Assembly (NCBI GenBank): GCA_963765575.1
Contig: CAVXWZ010000002.1
Location: 416,001 to 480,000, forward strand
Reading direction: 5' to 3'
DNA length: 64,000 nt
From: an uncultured cyanobacterium
Lineage (GTDB): Bacteria; Cyanobacteriota; Cyanobacteriia; PCC-6307; Cyanobiaceae
The position numbers and the translations under genes were made by a program. A model generated the notes under the pieces. That model made no database searches. It saw only the letters and a program-made list of their open reading frames with translations, and was not told the origin of the DNA. Shown here piece by piece: positions 43,798 through 54,955 of this stretch; position 1 is the first letter of the stretch; each line of letters opens with the position of its first letter.

Positions 43798-44976
43798 TTA
43801 GCGGGCTTCGAGCGACTGCCACTGGCGCGGCAGCGGACCGGTGTAGATCTGCGAGGGCCGGAAGATGCGGTTGGCGCCCAGTTGCTCCTTCCAGTGGGCC
43901 AGCCAGCCGGCGGTGCGGGCGATGGCGAAGATCGGCGTGAACAGGTCGCGGGGGATGCCGAGCTTGCGGTACACCAGCCCGGAGTAGAAATCGACGTTGG
44001 GATAGATGCCCTTGGGCCCGAGCCGCACGGCGGCCGCCGCCTCAAGGTCGAGGGCCAGGTCGTAGAGGGGATCGGGGCCGAAGCGCTCGAACAGCTGCTC
44101 GGCCAGGCTCTGGAGGATCACGGCGCGGGGATCCTTGACCTTGTATTCGCGGTGACCGAAGCCCATGATCTTCTGGCGTTCGGCGATCGCCCGGTCCAGC
44201 CAGGGCTCCACCTGGTCGGCCGTGCCGATGGTTTCCAGCATGGTCAGCACGTCTTCGTTGGCGCCGCCGTGCAGGGGGCCGGCCAGGGTGCCCACGGCCG
44301 AAGCGACCACGGCGTAGGGGTCGGTGAGGGTGCTGGCGGTGACCCGGGCACTGAAGGTGCTGGCGTTGAGGCTGTGCTCGGCGTGGATGATCAGACAGGC
44401 ATCAAAGATGCGGGCCGCCAGGGGATCGGGCTCCCGCTCCGTGAGCATGTAGAGGAAGTTGGCGGCGTAGGGCAGGTCGTCGCGGGGCTGGATCGGATCC
44501 TGGCCTTTGCGGATCAGCTGGAAGGCCGCCACCATCGTGGGGATCTTGGCCAGCAGGCGCACCACGGCCCCGTAGATGTATTCGGGGTTGTCGAGGGCGC
44601 GGCGGGAATAGAAGAGGCCCAGAGAGGCGGCACTGGCCTGGAGCGCATCCATCGGATGGCCCTGGGCCGGGTAGCTCTTCATCATGTCGCGGATGCGGAA
44701 GCTCACCCGCCGGTGCATCTGCACCTCATGTTCAAATTCGCGCAGCTGCTCGGCGGTGGGTAAGTCGCCCCAGATCAGCAGGTAGGCGGTTTCCAGAAAG
44801 GTGCTCTGGGCCGCCAGGGCCGCGGTGTCGAAACCTCGGTAGGTGAGTTGGCCATCGCGCCCCTTGATGTCGCAGATCGCCGACTGGGTGGCCGGAACCC
44901 CCTCCAGCCCGGGGCGGAAGGGTGGGGCCGCCGCCGCGGGCGCCGTGGGGTCAACGCCTTGGCCAGCGCTGTGCAT
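43798..44976 (-). CDS. gltA: citrate synthase
   Basis: GLEGV, HAEHSLNASTF, GPLHGGAN, MGFGHR.YK..DPR, YPNVDFYSG; start uncertain. Confidence 0.96.
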   Translation of the reverse strand: MHSAGQGVDPTAPAAAAPPFRPGLEGVPATQSAICDIKGRDGQLTYRGFDTAALAAQSTFLETAYLLIWGDLPTAEQLREFEHEVQMHRRVSFRIRDMMKSYPAQGHPMDALQASAASLGLFYSRRALDNPEYIYGAVVRLLAKIPTMVAAFQLIRKGQDPIQPRDDLPYAANFLYMLTEREPDPLAARIFDACLIIHAEHSLNASTFSARVTASTLTDPYAVVASAVGTLAGPLHGGANEDVLTMLETIGTADQVEPWLDRAIAERQKIMGFGHREYKVKDPRAVILQSLAEQLFERFGPDPLYDLALDLEAAAAVRLGPKGIYPNVDFYSGLVYRKLGIPRDLFTPIFAIARTAGWLAHWKEQLGANRIFRPSQIYTGPLPRQWQSLEAR

Positions 44977-45053
44977 CGCGGTGTCACTCACGGGGCGGCG
45001 GACAGACAGGGCTCGGGCGACCCTACGGCCAGCCAAGGGCAGGCGCCGTAGCG

Positions 45054-45542
45054 CTAGCTGCCTGCCAGCAGCTGCCGGGGGCCCATCAGCAGCAGCAGCC
45101 GCCCCCGGGACCGCGCGTCGCCGGGGGAGCCCGCCAGTTGCAGCACGGCCACGCCAGCCTTCTTGAGCTGCAGCGCACCGGGCTCAGCGCCGATCAGCGC
45201 CGCCGCCAGCAGGCCCAGGTCGGGCTCATGACCCACCAGCGCCCACCGTTCCTGCCCCATCGCCTTGCGCAGCAGGGGCCAGGGGTCGCCGCCGGGAGCC
45301 AGTCCATCGGCCAACTGCAGGGCCGGCGCCAGGCCCCCGGCGCAGGCCAGCTCGGCGGTCTGGCGCGCCCGCTGGAGTGGACTGCTGAACAGGGCGGTGC
45401 AACCGAGATCGAGGCGCCGCAGCCGCTCCACCACCGCCTCGGTGCGGGTGCGGCCGGCGGGCGTGAGGGCCCGTTCGGCGTCGGGGCGCTCGGGGCTGCG
45501 CTCCTGGGCGATGCCGTGACGCAGCAGCAGCAGTTCAGCCAT
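45054..45542 (-). CDS. sixA: phosphohistidine phosphatase SixA family
   Basis: LLRHG, R.LT..G, SSPLQRARQTA, LVGHEP. Confidence 0.88.
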   Translation of the reverse strand: MAELLLLRHGIAQERSPERPDAERALTPAGRTRTEAVVERLRRLDLGCTALFSSPLQRARQTAELACAGGLAPALQLADGLAPGGDPWPLLRKAMGQERWALVGHEPDLGLLAAALIGAEPGALQLKKAGVAVLQLAGSPGDARSRGRLLLLMGPRQLLAGS

Positions 45543-47160
45543 AGCTCAGCCGGACCCGCAGGTGCACGGCCCCATCCTCGCCCTGCAGCGCCAGCGCCAG
45601 GCCCTGCACCGGCTCGGCCAGGGGCTGGCCGGCCAGGGCCGAGAGCAGGCGCCAGGGCAACCAGCCCGGCAGCAGCTCGCGGGCCGGCTGGGCGGCCAGG
45701 GCCCAGCGCAGCGGCGCGGCGGGGAGATCGAGCGCCGCCAGACGCTCCAGCAGCGGGCGGGGCACCTGGCGGGTCTGGCGCTGCTGGGCCAGGGACTCGA
45801 GGGAATCCGACCACCAGGCCCGCCCGTCCTGCTCCCGGCGGGCCGCCACCAGGGTGGCCTGGAGCTGGTCGGCGGGGGCGGCGCTGCGGGCGGCGGCGGC
45901 CTGCAGCCGAGTCCACACCTGCACGCTGTCGCCGTCCAGGTCGAGTGGGGCCGCGATCAGCCCATCGCCGGCCAGGCCCGCCTCCAGGCTGGCCGGATCG
46001 GGGGAGGTGGCCGGACTGCCCAGCAGCCAGCCGCCGGCCGAGCGCAGCACCAGCAGCGGCCCTTCCGCGGCCGCGGCCACCTGGGCGGGCAGGGGTTCGA
46101 GGCGCTGGTCGGCCCCGCCGAGCAGCCAGGGTTGCAGGCGGGCCAACCAGGGAGCGGGCCAGTGGGCCGGTTCGCGCAGCAGGGCCAGGCTGAGGCCCTC
46201 ACCGCGCACCGCCGCCAGGAGGGCCTCGCCATCGGCGCCACTGGCCCCGCTATCGCCCCTGGCCCCGCTGGCGCCAGCGCTGGCCGGGGGGAAGCCGGCG
46301 GAGAGCTCGTCGCCGGATCCAGGCGGCGGCGGCTCCAACCAGCCATCGAGCAGCAGATGCGGCCCGTCGGGGCGCAGGGCCGCCACCAGGGAGCCGCTGG
46401 AGGGCAGGGCCGGGCCCAGCCAGTCGGCCAGGGCCGGGGGCCGGCCCGTGAGCAGCAGCACCCCCTCCCCCAGGCGCTCGAGGGAGCGCTGGAAGGCCGG
46501 ATCGGCGGCCTGGTTGAGGTCGTCGATCTGGGACACATCGAGGGCCTGCTCCAGCGGCCCCCGGCCGGAGGCCAGCAGCACCAGGTCGTCGTCGATGAGG
46601 GCGGTGGCGATCGGCACCGGCCGGCTGCCCAGCAGGGCGCCGCGGCCGCTGATCAGGCCCATGCCCCGATAGCTGCTGACCTGCAGATCGGTGCCGGCCA
46701 GGCTGCGGGTCTGCCAGAAGCGCTGCAGGAAGCGGCGGGCGCCGTCGCCGTCGCGGCTGCTCAGGGCCAGCACCCAGCCAGCGGGGCGGCCCTCCTCGCC
46801 CGCCAGCACCCAGAGGCCGGTTTCAGGCCCCAGCCAGCCAGCCAGTTCGCCCGGATAGTCGAGGCCGGCGGCGGCGAAGGCACCATCGCGGAGACCGGCC
46901 AGGGCCGCCTGGGCGGCGGCGCGGCGGCGCGCTGGGGCCACGGCGCGGGCGTAGGCCAGGGGCTGGTCGGCGTCGCTGAGCAGGTAGAGGCTGAGGTCCA
47001 CATCCCGGGGCACGAAGCGCGCCGACCGCGGCAGCGTCAGGGCCCGGTGCTGCAGTTGCAGGGGGGAGCGCTGCCACACCAGCCACCAGGCCGCTCCGCC
47101 CAGGCCGAGCAGCACCAGGACCACCGTCAGCACCACCGCCAGAAATCGGCGGGCCTTCAT
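45535..47160 (-). CDS. DUF3352-like membrane-anchored protein
   Basis: MKARRFL, N-terminal TM, LPRSARFVP, FLQRFWQTRSLAG, SYRGMGLISGRG. Confidence 0.75.
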   Translation of the reverse strand: MKARRFLAVVLTVVLVLLGLGGAAWWLVWQRSPLQLQHRALTLPRSARFVPRDVDLSLYLLSDADQPLAYARAVAPARRRAAAQAALAGLRDGAFAAAGLDYPGELAGWLGPETGLWVLAGEEGRPAGWVLALSSRDGDGARRFLQRFWQTRSLAGTDLQVSSYRGMGLISGRGALLGSRPVPIATALIDDDLVLLASGRGPLEQALDVSQIDDLNQAADPAFQRSLERLGEGVLLLTGRPPALADWLGPALPSSGSLVAALRPDGPHLLLDGWLEPPPPGSGDELSAGFPPASAGASGARGDSGASGADGEALLAAVRGEGLSLALLREPAHWPAPWLARLQPWLLGGADQRLEPLPAQVAAAAEGPLLVLRSAGGWLLGSPATSPDPASLEAGLAGDGLIAAPLDLDGDSVQVWTRLQAAAARSAAPADQLQATLVAARREQDGRAWWSDSLESLAQQRQTRQVPRPLLERLAALDLPAAPLRWALAAQPARELLPGWLPWRLLSALAGQPLAEPVQGLALALQGEDGAVHLRVRLSYG

Positions 47161-47204
47161 GCATCCACAGCAGGATGGGCCCATCCTGCACCGGACCCAG
47201 GACC

Positions 47205-47549
47205 ATGAACACGCCGCTGAGCATCCCGGCCCGCGAGCTGCAGGAGCGGCTGCAGCGGGGTGAAACGATCCAGCTGGTGGATGTGCGCGAGGACCAGGAG
47301 CTGGGCCTGGCCCGGCTGCCCCATCCGGTGCTGCACCTGCCCCTGAGCCGTTCGCAGGAGTGGCTGGCTGGGCTGGAGCTGCGGCTGGAGCGCGACCGGC
47401 CGATCGCCGTGCTCTGCCATGCCGGCGTGCGCAGCTGGCAGTTTGGCTGCTGGCTGCTGGAGCAACAGGGCTATGAGCAGGTGTGGAACCTGCACGGCGG
47501 CATCGACGCCTGGAGCGTGGAGGTGGACCCGGCCGTGCCGCGCTACTGA
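47205..47549 (+). CDS. rhodanese-like sulfurtransferase domain protein
   Basis: LVDVRE..E, active-site loop CHAGVRS, NLHGGIDAWS..VDP.VPRY. Confidence 0.92.
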   Translation: MNTPLSIPARELQERLQRGETIQLVDVREDQELGLARLPHPVLHLPLSRSQEWLAGLELRLERDRPIAVLCHAGVRSWQFGCWLLEQQGYEQVWNLHGGIDAWSVEVDPAVPRY

Positions 47550-47613
47550 TCCCCGGCCCCCGGAGCTGGGCAGGGTCCCTACGATCACACCATCCTCCAC
47601 GTCGGGGCATCCG

Positions 47614-48603
47614 TTGCAGGCCCTCTCCCCTCGACAGCAGGAGGTGCTGAGCCTGGCGGTGCGCCACTACGTGGACACCATGGAGCCGGTGGGCAGCAAG
47701 ACGCTGGTGCGGCGCTTCGGGCTGGCCGCCAGCCCCGCCACCGTGCGTTCGGCGATGGGGGCCCTGGAGCAGCAGGGCCTGCTCACCCAGCCCCACGCCT
47801 CCGCGGGCCGCGTGCCCAGCCAGCAGGGCTACCGGCTCTACGTGGACCGGCTGCTGCCGCCCCCCGGCGCCGCCGCCCTGCAGCTGGAGCGCGACCTGGC
47901 CAACCTCAGCCTGCAGTGGCCGGGCCTCGACGACCTGCTGCTGCAGCTGGGCCGACGACTGACGGACCTCACCGGCCTGCTGAGCCTGATCACCCGGCCG
48001 CGGCGGCCGCAGCCGCAGCCGCAGCTCCAGGCCCTGCGCCTGGTGCCGAGCGGCGAACGGCTGCTGGTGTTCCTGGTGCATGGGGCCACCCAGACCAGCA
48101 GCCACAACCTGCGCCTGCCCGCCGGCGCCGCCATCGAGCTGTCGGTGCTGGAGCGCTGGGCCAACGACCAGCTGCACGGCGGCGGCGCCATCACCTGGCG
48201 GCATCTGCCCCGGGAACTGGCCACCAGCGGCCGGCTGTTGCGGCTGCTGGTGGAATCGCAGCAGGCCGCCGGCCCAGGGCCCGGCGGCGAGGCGGTGGCC
48301 AGCGGACTGGGCAAACTGCTGGCCCAGCCCGACTTCAGCCACACCGCCAGCCTGCGGCCGCTGTTGCAGCTGGTGGAGGAGCAGCCCGAGCAGGTGCTGG
48401 GCCCCAGCCCCAAGGCCGTGTGGATCGGCGATGAACACCCCCATGCGGCGCTGGCGGCCTGCGCGGTGGTGCAGGCCGCCTACCGCAGCGGTGATGGGGG
48501 GGTGGGCCACGTGGCGTTGATCGGGCCGATGCGCATGGCTTACGCCACGGCCACGGCAGCCGTGCGCTCAGTGGCCTCTAGCCTGCAGCGACTGCTGAGC
48601 TGA
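47614..48603 (+). CDS. hrcA: heat-inducible transcription repressor HrcA
   Basis: RQQEVL..V..Y..T.EPVGSK, SPATVR..M..LE..GLL.QPH.SAGRVPS..GYR.YVD, IGPMRM.Y; TTG start inferred. Confidence 0.93.
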   Translation: MQALSPRQQEVLSLAVRHYVDTMEPVGSKTLVRRFGLAASPATVRSAMGALEQQGLLTQPHASAGRVPSQQGYRLYVDRLLPPPGAAALQLERDLANLSLQWPGLDDLLLQLGRRLTDLTGLLSLITRPRRPQPQPQLQALRLVPSGERLLVFLVHGATQTSSHNLRLPAGAAIELSVLERWANDQLHGGGAITWRHLPRELATSGRLLRLLVESQQAAGPGPGGEAVASGLGKLLAQPDFSHTASLRPLLQLVEEQPEQVLGPSPKAVWIGDEHPHAALAACAVVQAAYRSGDGGVGHVALIGPMRMAYATATAAVRSVASSLQRLLS

Positions 48604-48615
48604 GGCCGCAAGCCG

Positions 48616-49446
48616 ATGACCTATTGCCTGGGCTTCCTGCTGGAGGCAGGGCTGGTGATGGCATCGGACTGCCGCACCAATGCTGGCGTGGACTACATCT
48701 CCAGCTACCGGAAGATGCACATCTTCCGGCCCTCCGACGATCGCCTGATGGTGCTGCTGGCGGCGGGCAACCTGGCCACCACCCAGGCGGTGCTGAACCG
48801 CATCCAGCGCGATCTGGACCGGGCCCAGCAGGGCGGGGCAGGGGGCAGTGGCCGTAGCGGCGGAGATGGCGAGAGTGGCAGCGAGCAGAAGCGGGTGGGT
48901 TCGCTGCTGGATGCCGACTATTTATTTGAGGTGGCCGACTACGTGGGGCGGATCAGCCGCGAGGTGCAGGCGGAGTTCAAGCCGGTCCTGTCCCAGGCGG
49001 GTGCCAGCGGTTCGGCATCGTTCATCCTCGGCGGCCAGATCGCCGGCCAGCCCCATGGGCTGTTCATGATCTACCCCCAGGGCAACGCGGTGATGGCCAC
49101 CAGCGAAACCCCGTTCCTGCAGATCGGCGAGAGCAAATACGGCAAACCGGCGCTCGACGGACTGGCCAGCACCGAGCTGTCGCTGGAGGATGCGGCCAGG
49201 CTGTGTCTGGTGTCGCAGGTGATCACCCGGCGCTCCAACCTCACCGTGGGGCCGCCCTTCGATCTGGTGATGCTGCGGCGCGACGAACTGCGCATCGCCC
49301 AGCAGCTGCGGCTGGGCCAGGATTCAGCTGCCCTGCAGAGCTTCATGACCACCTGGGTGGAGGCCCAGCGGGAGGCCCTGGAACGGCTGCCGCGCTTCCC
49401 CTGGGAGCCCGAAGGGCATGGGGGAGACGCCTGGGCGAGCCTCTGA
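48616..49446 (+). CDS. Anbu-family proteasome-type (Ntn-hydrolase) protease
   Basis: MTYC with Thr2, SD.RTNAGVD, AGNLATTQ, ILGGQI, IYPQGN, QIGESKYGKP, SNLTVGPP. Confidence 0.88.
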   Translation: MTYCLGFLLEAGLVMASDCRTNAGVDYISSYRKMHIFRPSDDRLMVLLAAGNLATTQAVLNRIQRDLDRAQQGGAGGSGRSGGDGESGSEQKRVGSLLDADYLFEVADYVGRISREVQAEFKPVLSQAGASGSASFILGGQIAGQPHGLFMIYPQGNAVMATSETPFLQIGESKYGKPALDGLASTELSLEDAARLCLVSQVITRRSNLTVGPPFDLVMLRRDELRIAQQLRLGQDSAALQSFMTTWVEAQREALERLPRFPWEPEGHGGDAWASL

Positions 49447-49490
49447 GAGCAGGGGGGCCCCAGGGCGGGAGGACTGGAGCAGGCGGACCG

Positions 49491-49530
49491 TCGGCAACTG
49501 CCTTTGCTCGGCAACTTGCCTTTGCTCGGC
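49491..49530. repeat. 17/18-bp imperfect tandem repeat
   Basis: TCGGCAACTGCCTTTGC / TCGGCAACTTGCCTTTGC / TCGGC. Confidence 0.85.
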
Positions 49531-49651
49531 TGCTGTGCTCATCAGCGCATTGGCGTTGATGACCGATCTCCACGCCACATTGACGTCTTCTGACAATGGG
49601 CGGCACTGATTGATCACTGGATCACAGTCGCATTCCAGAGACGGAAGATGA

Positions 49652-50926
49652 TCAGGCCTCGCCCAGCCGCTCGGCCACCGTGTTGACATCCTTGTCGCCG
49701 CGGCCGGAGAGGTTGAGCACCACCTCGGTGCCGGGGGCCAGGGTGGGGCAGAGGGCGTCGAGGGCCGCGAAGGCGTGGGCGGTCTCCAGGGCCGGGATGA
49801 TGCCCTCCAGCTCGCTCACCCGCTGCAGGGCCTTGAGCGCCTCGTCATCGCTCACGGCCAGATACTCGGCCCGGCCGATCTCGCGCAGGTAGCTGTGCTC
49901 GGGGCCGACGCCGGGGTAGTCGAGGCCGGCGCTGATCGAGTGGGCTTCCTGCACCTGGCCCTCGGCGTCCTGGAGCAGCAGGCTCATGGCCCCGTGCAAC
50001 ACGCCCACCCGGCCCTCGGTGATCGTGGCGGCATGGCGGCCGCTGGCGACGCCCTCCCCGGCCGCCTCCACACCGATCATCCGCACGCCGGTGTCCTGCA
50101 CGAAGGGATGGAACAGCCCCATGGCGTTGGAACCGCCGCCCACGCAGGCCACCAACACATCCGGCAGGCGGCCGAAGGCTTCCTGGCACTGGGCTTTGGC
50201 CTCCTTGCCGATGCAGGCGTGGAAATCACGCACCAGCATCGGGTAGGGGTGGGGGCCGGCCACCGAGCCGAGGATGTAGTGGGTGCTCTCCACATTGGTC
50301 ACCCAGTCGCGGATCGCCTCACTGGTGGCGTCCTTGAGGGTGGCGCTGCCGGCGGTCACCGGCTGCACCGTGGCGCCGAGCAGGCGCATGCGGAACACGT
50401 TGAGGGCCTGGCGGCGCATGTCCTCGGCGCCCATGTACACCACGCACTCGAGGCCGAAGCGGGCGCAGACCGTGGCGGTGGCCACGCCGTGCTGACCGGC
50501 GCCGGTCTCGGCGATCACCCGCTGCTTGCCCATGCGCAGGGCCAGCAGGGCCTGGCCGAGGGCGTTGTTGATCTTGTGGGCGCCGGTGTGGTTGAGGTCC
50601 TCGCGCTTCAGCCACAGGCGCGGACCACCCTCGGGGCGGGCGTAGTGCTCGGTGAGCCGCTCGGCCTCATACAGCGGTGTGGGCCGGCCCACGTAGGTGC
50701 GCAGCAGGTGGTTGAGCCGATCGGTGAAGGCGGGATCGGCCCAGGCTTCGGCTGCCGCCACCTCCAGCTCCGCCAGGGCGGGCATCAGCGTTTCGGGCAC
50801 GTACTGGCCGCCGTAGCGGCCGAAGCGACCCGCAGGGGTGGGGCGCATCGCCGGCTCCAGGGCGCTGGAAGCTGCGGGCGAGGACGCGCTGGCGGAGAAC
50901 GCGGCGGAGGGAACGGTGCTGGTCAC
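49652..50926 (-). CDS. trpB: tryptophan synthase beta chain
   Basis: [49 protein letters not shown]. Confidence 0.98.
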   Translation of the reverse strand: MTSTVPSAAFSASASSPAASSALEPAMRPTPAGRFGRYGGQYVPETLMPALAELEVAAAEAWADPAFTDRLNHLLRTYVGRPTPLYEAERLTEHYARPEGGPRLWLKREDLNHTGAHKINNALGQALLALRMGKQRVIAETGAGQHGVATATVCARFGLECVVYMGAEDMRRQALNVFRMRLLGATVQPVTAGSATLKDATSEAIRDWVTNVESTHYILGSVAGPHPYPMLVRDFHACIGKEAKAQCQEAFGRLPDVLVACVGGGSNAMGLFHPFVQDTGVRMIGVEAAGEGVASGRHAATITEGRVGVLHGAMSLLLQDAEGQVQEAHSISAGLDYPGVGPEHSYLREIGRAEYLAVSDDEALKALQRVSELEGIIPALETAHAFAALDALCPTLAPGTEVVLNLSGRGDKDVNTVAERLGEA

Positions 50927-51049
50927 GCGCGGGCCACCGGAACAGATCAGTGGTGCCAGCGTAGGCAGGGAGGCCACCTGGACCGGGCAAAGGCGGCCAA
51001 GGGCAAGCGAGGGGGCTGGGGGAGGATGGCTGCGAACAGGGGCGACGCG

Positions 51050-51379
51050 ATGGGCAGCAAGGGCAGCTGGCAGGAGTTCGGCAGCCTCGGCCGCCCGGCC
51101 AGCCTGGAGCGCCCGGCCGCAGCCCCCACCCCCCGGGCCCAGCAGCGGGTGCGGGTGCAGCGCACCAAGGCGGGCAAGGGGGGGAAGCTGGTGACCGCGA
51201 TCAGCGGGCTGGAGGCGCCGGAGGCCGAGCTCAAGGCCCTGCTGAAGCAGCTCAAGGCTGCCGCCGGCACGGGCGGCAGCGCCAAGGACGGCGTGATCGA
51301 GCTGCAGGGCGACCAGGTGGCGGCTGCACTGGCGGCCCTGGAAGCGGCCGGCTACCGCCCCAAGCAGGCGGGGGGCTGA
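51050..51379 (+). CDS. translation initiation factor SUI1/YciH family
   Basis: [21 protein letters not shown]...GTGGS.KDG.IELQGD. Confidence 0.92.
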   Translation: MGSKGSWQEFGSLGRPASLERPAAAPTPRAQQRVRVQRTKAGKGGKLVTAISGLEAPEAELKALLKQLKAAAGTGGSAKDGVIELQGDQVAAALAALEAAGYRPKQAGG

Positions 51380-51425
51380 GGGCTCACAGGGGACAATGGC
51401 CCCCAGCCCGACCGCCGCTGCCCGC

Positions 51426-52043
51426 ATGACCGCCAGCTCCGCCACCAACATCGTTTGGCACCACAGCACGGTGACGCGGGAGGCACGGGCCCACCAGCGC
51501 GGCCACCGCAGCGCCATCCTCTGGTTCACCGGGCTCAGCGGCGCCGGCAAGAGCACCCTCGCCAATGCCGTCAATTCGGCCCTGTTCGAGCAGGGTCTGA
51601 CCTGCTACGTGCTCGATGGCGACAACATCCGCCATGGCCTCTGCACCGACCTGGGCTTCGCCGATGCCGACCGCGAGGAGAACATCCGCCGCATCGGCGA
51701 GGTGGCCAAGCTGTTTCTCGATGCCGGCGTGGTGGTGCTCACCGCCTTCGTGTCGCCGTTCAAGGCCGATCGCGACAAGGTGCGGGCCCTGGTGAGCGAG
51801 GGCGATTTCATCGAGATCTTCTGTGACGCCGGCCTGGAGGTGTGCGAGCAGCGCGACACCAAGGGGCTCTATGCCAAAGCGCGGGCCGGGGAGATCAAGC
51901 ACTTCACGGGGATTTCAAGCCCCTATGAGGCGCCGGATCACTGCGAGCTGCGGGTGCAGACCGGAGCGGCAAGCCTCGACGACTGCGTGGCGCAGGTGCT
52001 GGCACTGCTGCAGAAGCTGGGAATCATTACCCAGGGGGGCTGA
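51426..52043 (+). CDS. cysC: adenylyl-sulfate kinase
   Basis: [44 protein letters not shown]. Confidence 0.97.
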   Translation: MTASSATNIVWHHSTVTREARAHQRGHRSAILWFTGLSGAGKSTLANAVNSALFEQGLTCYVLDGDNIRHGLCTDLGFADADREENIRRIGEVAKLFLDAGVVVLTAFVSPFKADRDKVRALVSEGDFIEIFCDAGLEVCEQRDTKGLYAKARAGEIKHFTGISSPYEAPDHCELRVQTGAASLDDCVAQVLALLQKLGIITQGG

Positions 52044-53094
52044 CGCGCAGCCGCTCGCCCCAGGCATCAAGAAAGGTCTTGCCGCAGCTCGCCAGCGGCA
52101 CCGCCAGCAGCAACCCGAGCAGGTTCCCGAACCCCAGCAGGCTGCCCAGCCGTGCCCCCATTGGCAGGCAGATCAGCAGCCAGGCCGGCTGCAGGCCCAC
52201 GATCTTGCCCATCAGCCGCGGCTGGATGCCCTGGTCAACGATCTGGCCCACGCCGATGGCCGCCAGCAGCACCTCCAGGCCGGTGCGGGGGTCGTTGAGG
52301 GCCAGCAGTCCGCTCACCAGCACGATCGTGACTGAGCTGGCAAAGGGAATCAGCGTGGTGAAGCCGATCAGCACGGCGAACAGCACGCCGTAGGGAATCG
52401 CCAGCAGCGTGAACACCAGCATCTGCAGGCTGCTGAGAATCAGGGCCAGCAGCACCTGGCCGGCGAAGTAGCCCCGGAAGGTGCGGCCCAGGGTGGCCAG
52501 CACCAGGGCCCGCAGCCCCGGCGCCAGCCACTGGGCCAGGCCGGCAGTGATGCGCTCGCCGCCCAGCAGCAGGAACACCGCCAGCACCAGCACGATCACC
52601 GTGTTCACCGTGAGGCCCACCGTGGCCCCCAGCAGGCTGAGCAGGCGCTGACTCACCTGGCTGGCCAGCTTGCTGAGGCGGGTGAGCAGCTCGCTGCTGA
52701 GGTTGCCGAAGTCGGTGGGGATGCCCTGGTCGCTGGCCCAGCCCTCCAGCGCATCGAGCCACAGTTCACCCCGGGCCAGCCAGCCCGGCAGGGCGTTCAC
52801 CAGGCCGCCCAGCTGCTCGATCAGCAGCGGCACCAGCACCAACAGCGCCAGCACCAACGCCCCCAGGGCCACCCCCAGCACCAGCGCCATGGCCAGGGGC
52901 CGGGGCAGGCCCCGCTGCCGCAGCCAGCGGCTGGGGATGTCGAGCAGGAAGGCGAACAGGGCCGCGGTGACGAACAGGGCCGGGAACGGCGCCAGGGGCA
53001 GCAGCAGCTGGCGCAGCACCCAGAGGTTGAGCACCAGCAGGGGCAGGGCCAGGCCGGCCTTCAGCCAGGGGGGCAGCTCCAGGCGTTCAAGCAT
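52027..53094 (-). CDS. AI-2E family transporter
   Basis: Multi-TM, FRGYFAGQ, LIPF, IQPRLMG..VGL.P, GLLLAVP. Confidence 0.88.
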   Translation of the reverse strand: MLERLELPPWLKAGLALPLLVLNLWVLRQLLLPLAPFPALFVTAALFAFLLDIPSRWLRQRGLPRPLAMALVLGVALGALVLALLVLVPLLIEQLGGLVNALPGWLARGELWLDALEGWASDQGIPTDFGNLSSELLTRLSKLASQVSQRLLSLLGATVGLTVNTVIVLVLAVFLLLGGERITAGLAQWLAPGLRALVLATLGRTFRGYFAGQVLLALILSSLQMLVFTLLAIPYGVLFAVLIGFTTLIPFASSVTIVLVSGLLALNDPRTGLEVLLAAIGVGQIVDQGIQPRLMGKIVGLQPAWLLICLPMGARLGSLLGFGNLLGLLLAVPLASCGKTFLDAWGERLRVSPPG

Positions 53095-53159
53095 GGGGTG
53101 TGTGGCGGTGGGGGCGAGGCGCTTGGCTGTGATGCGCTGAGATCAAAGACTGAGGCGGT

Positions 53160-53702
<543 letters not shown>

Positions 53703-53747
53703 GGGGCAAGGGCGGAGGATGGGGGCATTGTCGTGCCTGCCGCCGCG

Positions 53748-54929
53748 ATGCGCTGGATCAGCAACCTGCGCCTGCCCCGCAGCTCCCGCTGCCGCCACGG
53801 CGCCGACCAGCGCTGGCGGCTGGGCGTGGGCGTCGGCGGGGTGATCCAGGTGCTGGAGCCGATCCCGGCCGGCAGCGCCGCCGGCGGCGAGGACTGGGGC
53901 GGCGACTGGCTCAGCCCGGCCGGGGTGGACCTGCAGATCAACGGCGGCCTGGGCCTGGCCTTCCCCGAACTCACCCCCGCCGACCTGCCGAAGCTGATCG
54001 AGCTGCTGGAGCTGCTCTGGCGCGACGGCGTGGAGGCGATCTGCCCCACCCTGGTGACCTGCGGAGTGGAGCCGCTGCGCCAGGCCCTGGACGTGCTGGA
54101 GCAGGCCCGCCGCCAGCACCGCCCCGGCCGCTGCCGTCTGCTGGGGGCCCACCTGGAGGGGCCGTTTCTGAATCCAGCGCGCCGCGGCGCCCACCCGCAG
54201 CAGCACCTGGCAGCCGCGAGCCTGGCGGCACTGGAGCAGCGCATCGCCGGCCTCGAGGATCAGATCGCCCTGGTGACCCTGGCCCCGGAGCTGGAGGGGG
54301 CCGGCGAGCTGATCGCCGTGCTGCGGCGGCGGCGGATCGTGGTGAGCCTGGGCCACAGCGCCGCCAGCGAAACGCAGGCCGCCGCGGCCTTTGCGGCCGG
54401 GGTGAGGATGGTGACCCACAGCTTCAACGCCATGGGCGGGTTGCAGCACCGCGATCCGGGGCCGGTGGCGGCGGCGGTGCTGCGGGGCGATGTGGCCCTG
54501 GGCCTGATCGCCGATGGGGTGCACGTGGCGCCATCGATGGTGCTGCTGCTGCAGCGGCTTGCCCCCGATCAGGTGGTGCTGGTGAGCGATGCGCTCGGCC
54601 CCTACGGCCTGGGCGAAGGCCGCCACCGCTGGGATGAGCGGCTGCTGCTGGTGGCCGATGGCAGCTGCCGGCTCGAGGACGGCACCCTGGCCGGCGTCAC
54701 CCTGCCGTTGCTGGAGGGCGTGAGGCGGCTGGTGGGCTGGGGGGTGCCGGCGGAGCAGGCGATCGCCGCCGCCACCGTGACGCCGCGGCGGGTGCTGGGG
54801 GATGGGCGCGATGGCGCCGCGCTACTCAGGGGGATAGAGCTGAAGGAGACGTTGCGCTGGAGCCAGGGGACAGGCGGCCTGGGCTGGCAGCGGAGCGAGC
54901 AACCCGGCCAGACCGCCGCCTCTGCCTAG
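53748..54929 (+). CDS. nagA: N-acetylglucosamine-6-phosphate deacetylase
   Basis: [19 protein letters not shown]...RGAH, TLAPE, GHS, THSFNAM, IADGVHV, GTLAG. Confidence 0.93.
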   Translation: MRWISNLRLPRSSRCRHGADQRWRLGVGVGGVIQVLEPIPAGSAAGGEDWGGDWLSPAGVDLQINGGLGLAFPELTPADLPKLIELLELLWRDGVEAICPTLVTCGVEPLRQALDVLEQARRQHRPGRCRLLGAHLEGPFLNPARRGAHPQQHLAAASLAALEQRIAGLEDQIALVTLAPELEGAGELIAVLRRRRIVVSLGHSAASETQAAAAFAAGVRMVTHSFNAMGGLQHRDPGPVAAAVLRGDVALGLIADGVHVAPSMVLLLQRLAPDQVVLVSDALGPYGLGEGRHRWDERLLLVADGSCRLEDGTLAGVTLPLLEGVRRLVGWGVPAEQAIAAATVTPRRVLGDGRDGAALLRGIELKETLRWSQGTGGLGWQRSEQPGQTAASA

Positions 54930-54955
54930 GATCCGCGCCACCACGCCCGCACCCG

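Noticed and set aside
47160..47614. CIRCE operator upstream of hrcA
   Set aside because: No TTAGCACTC-N9-GAGTGCTAA-like inverted repeat is visible.
45535..48510. 991-aa ORF suggesting a giant protein
   Set aside because: The upstream part is antisense to hrcA and the rhodanese gene. The credible gene starts at MKARRFL (47160).
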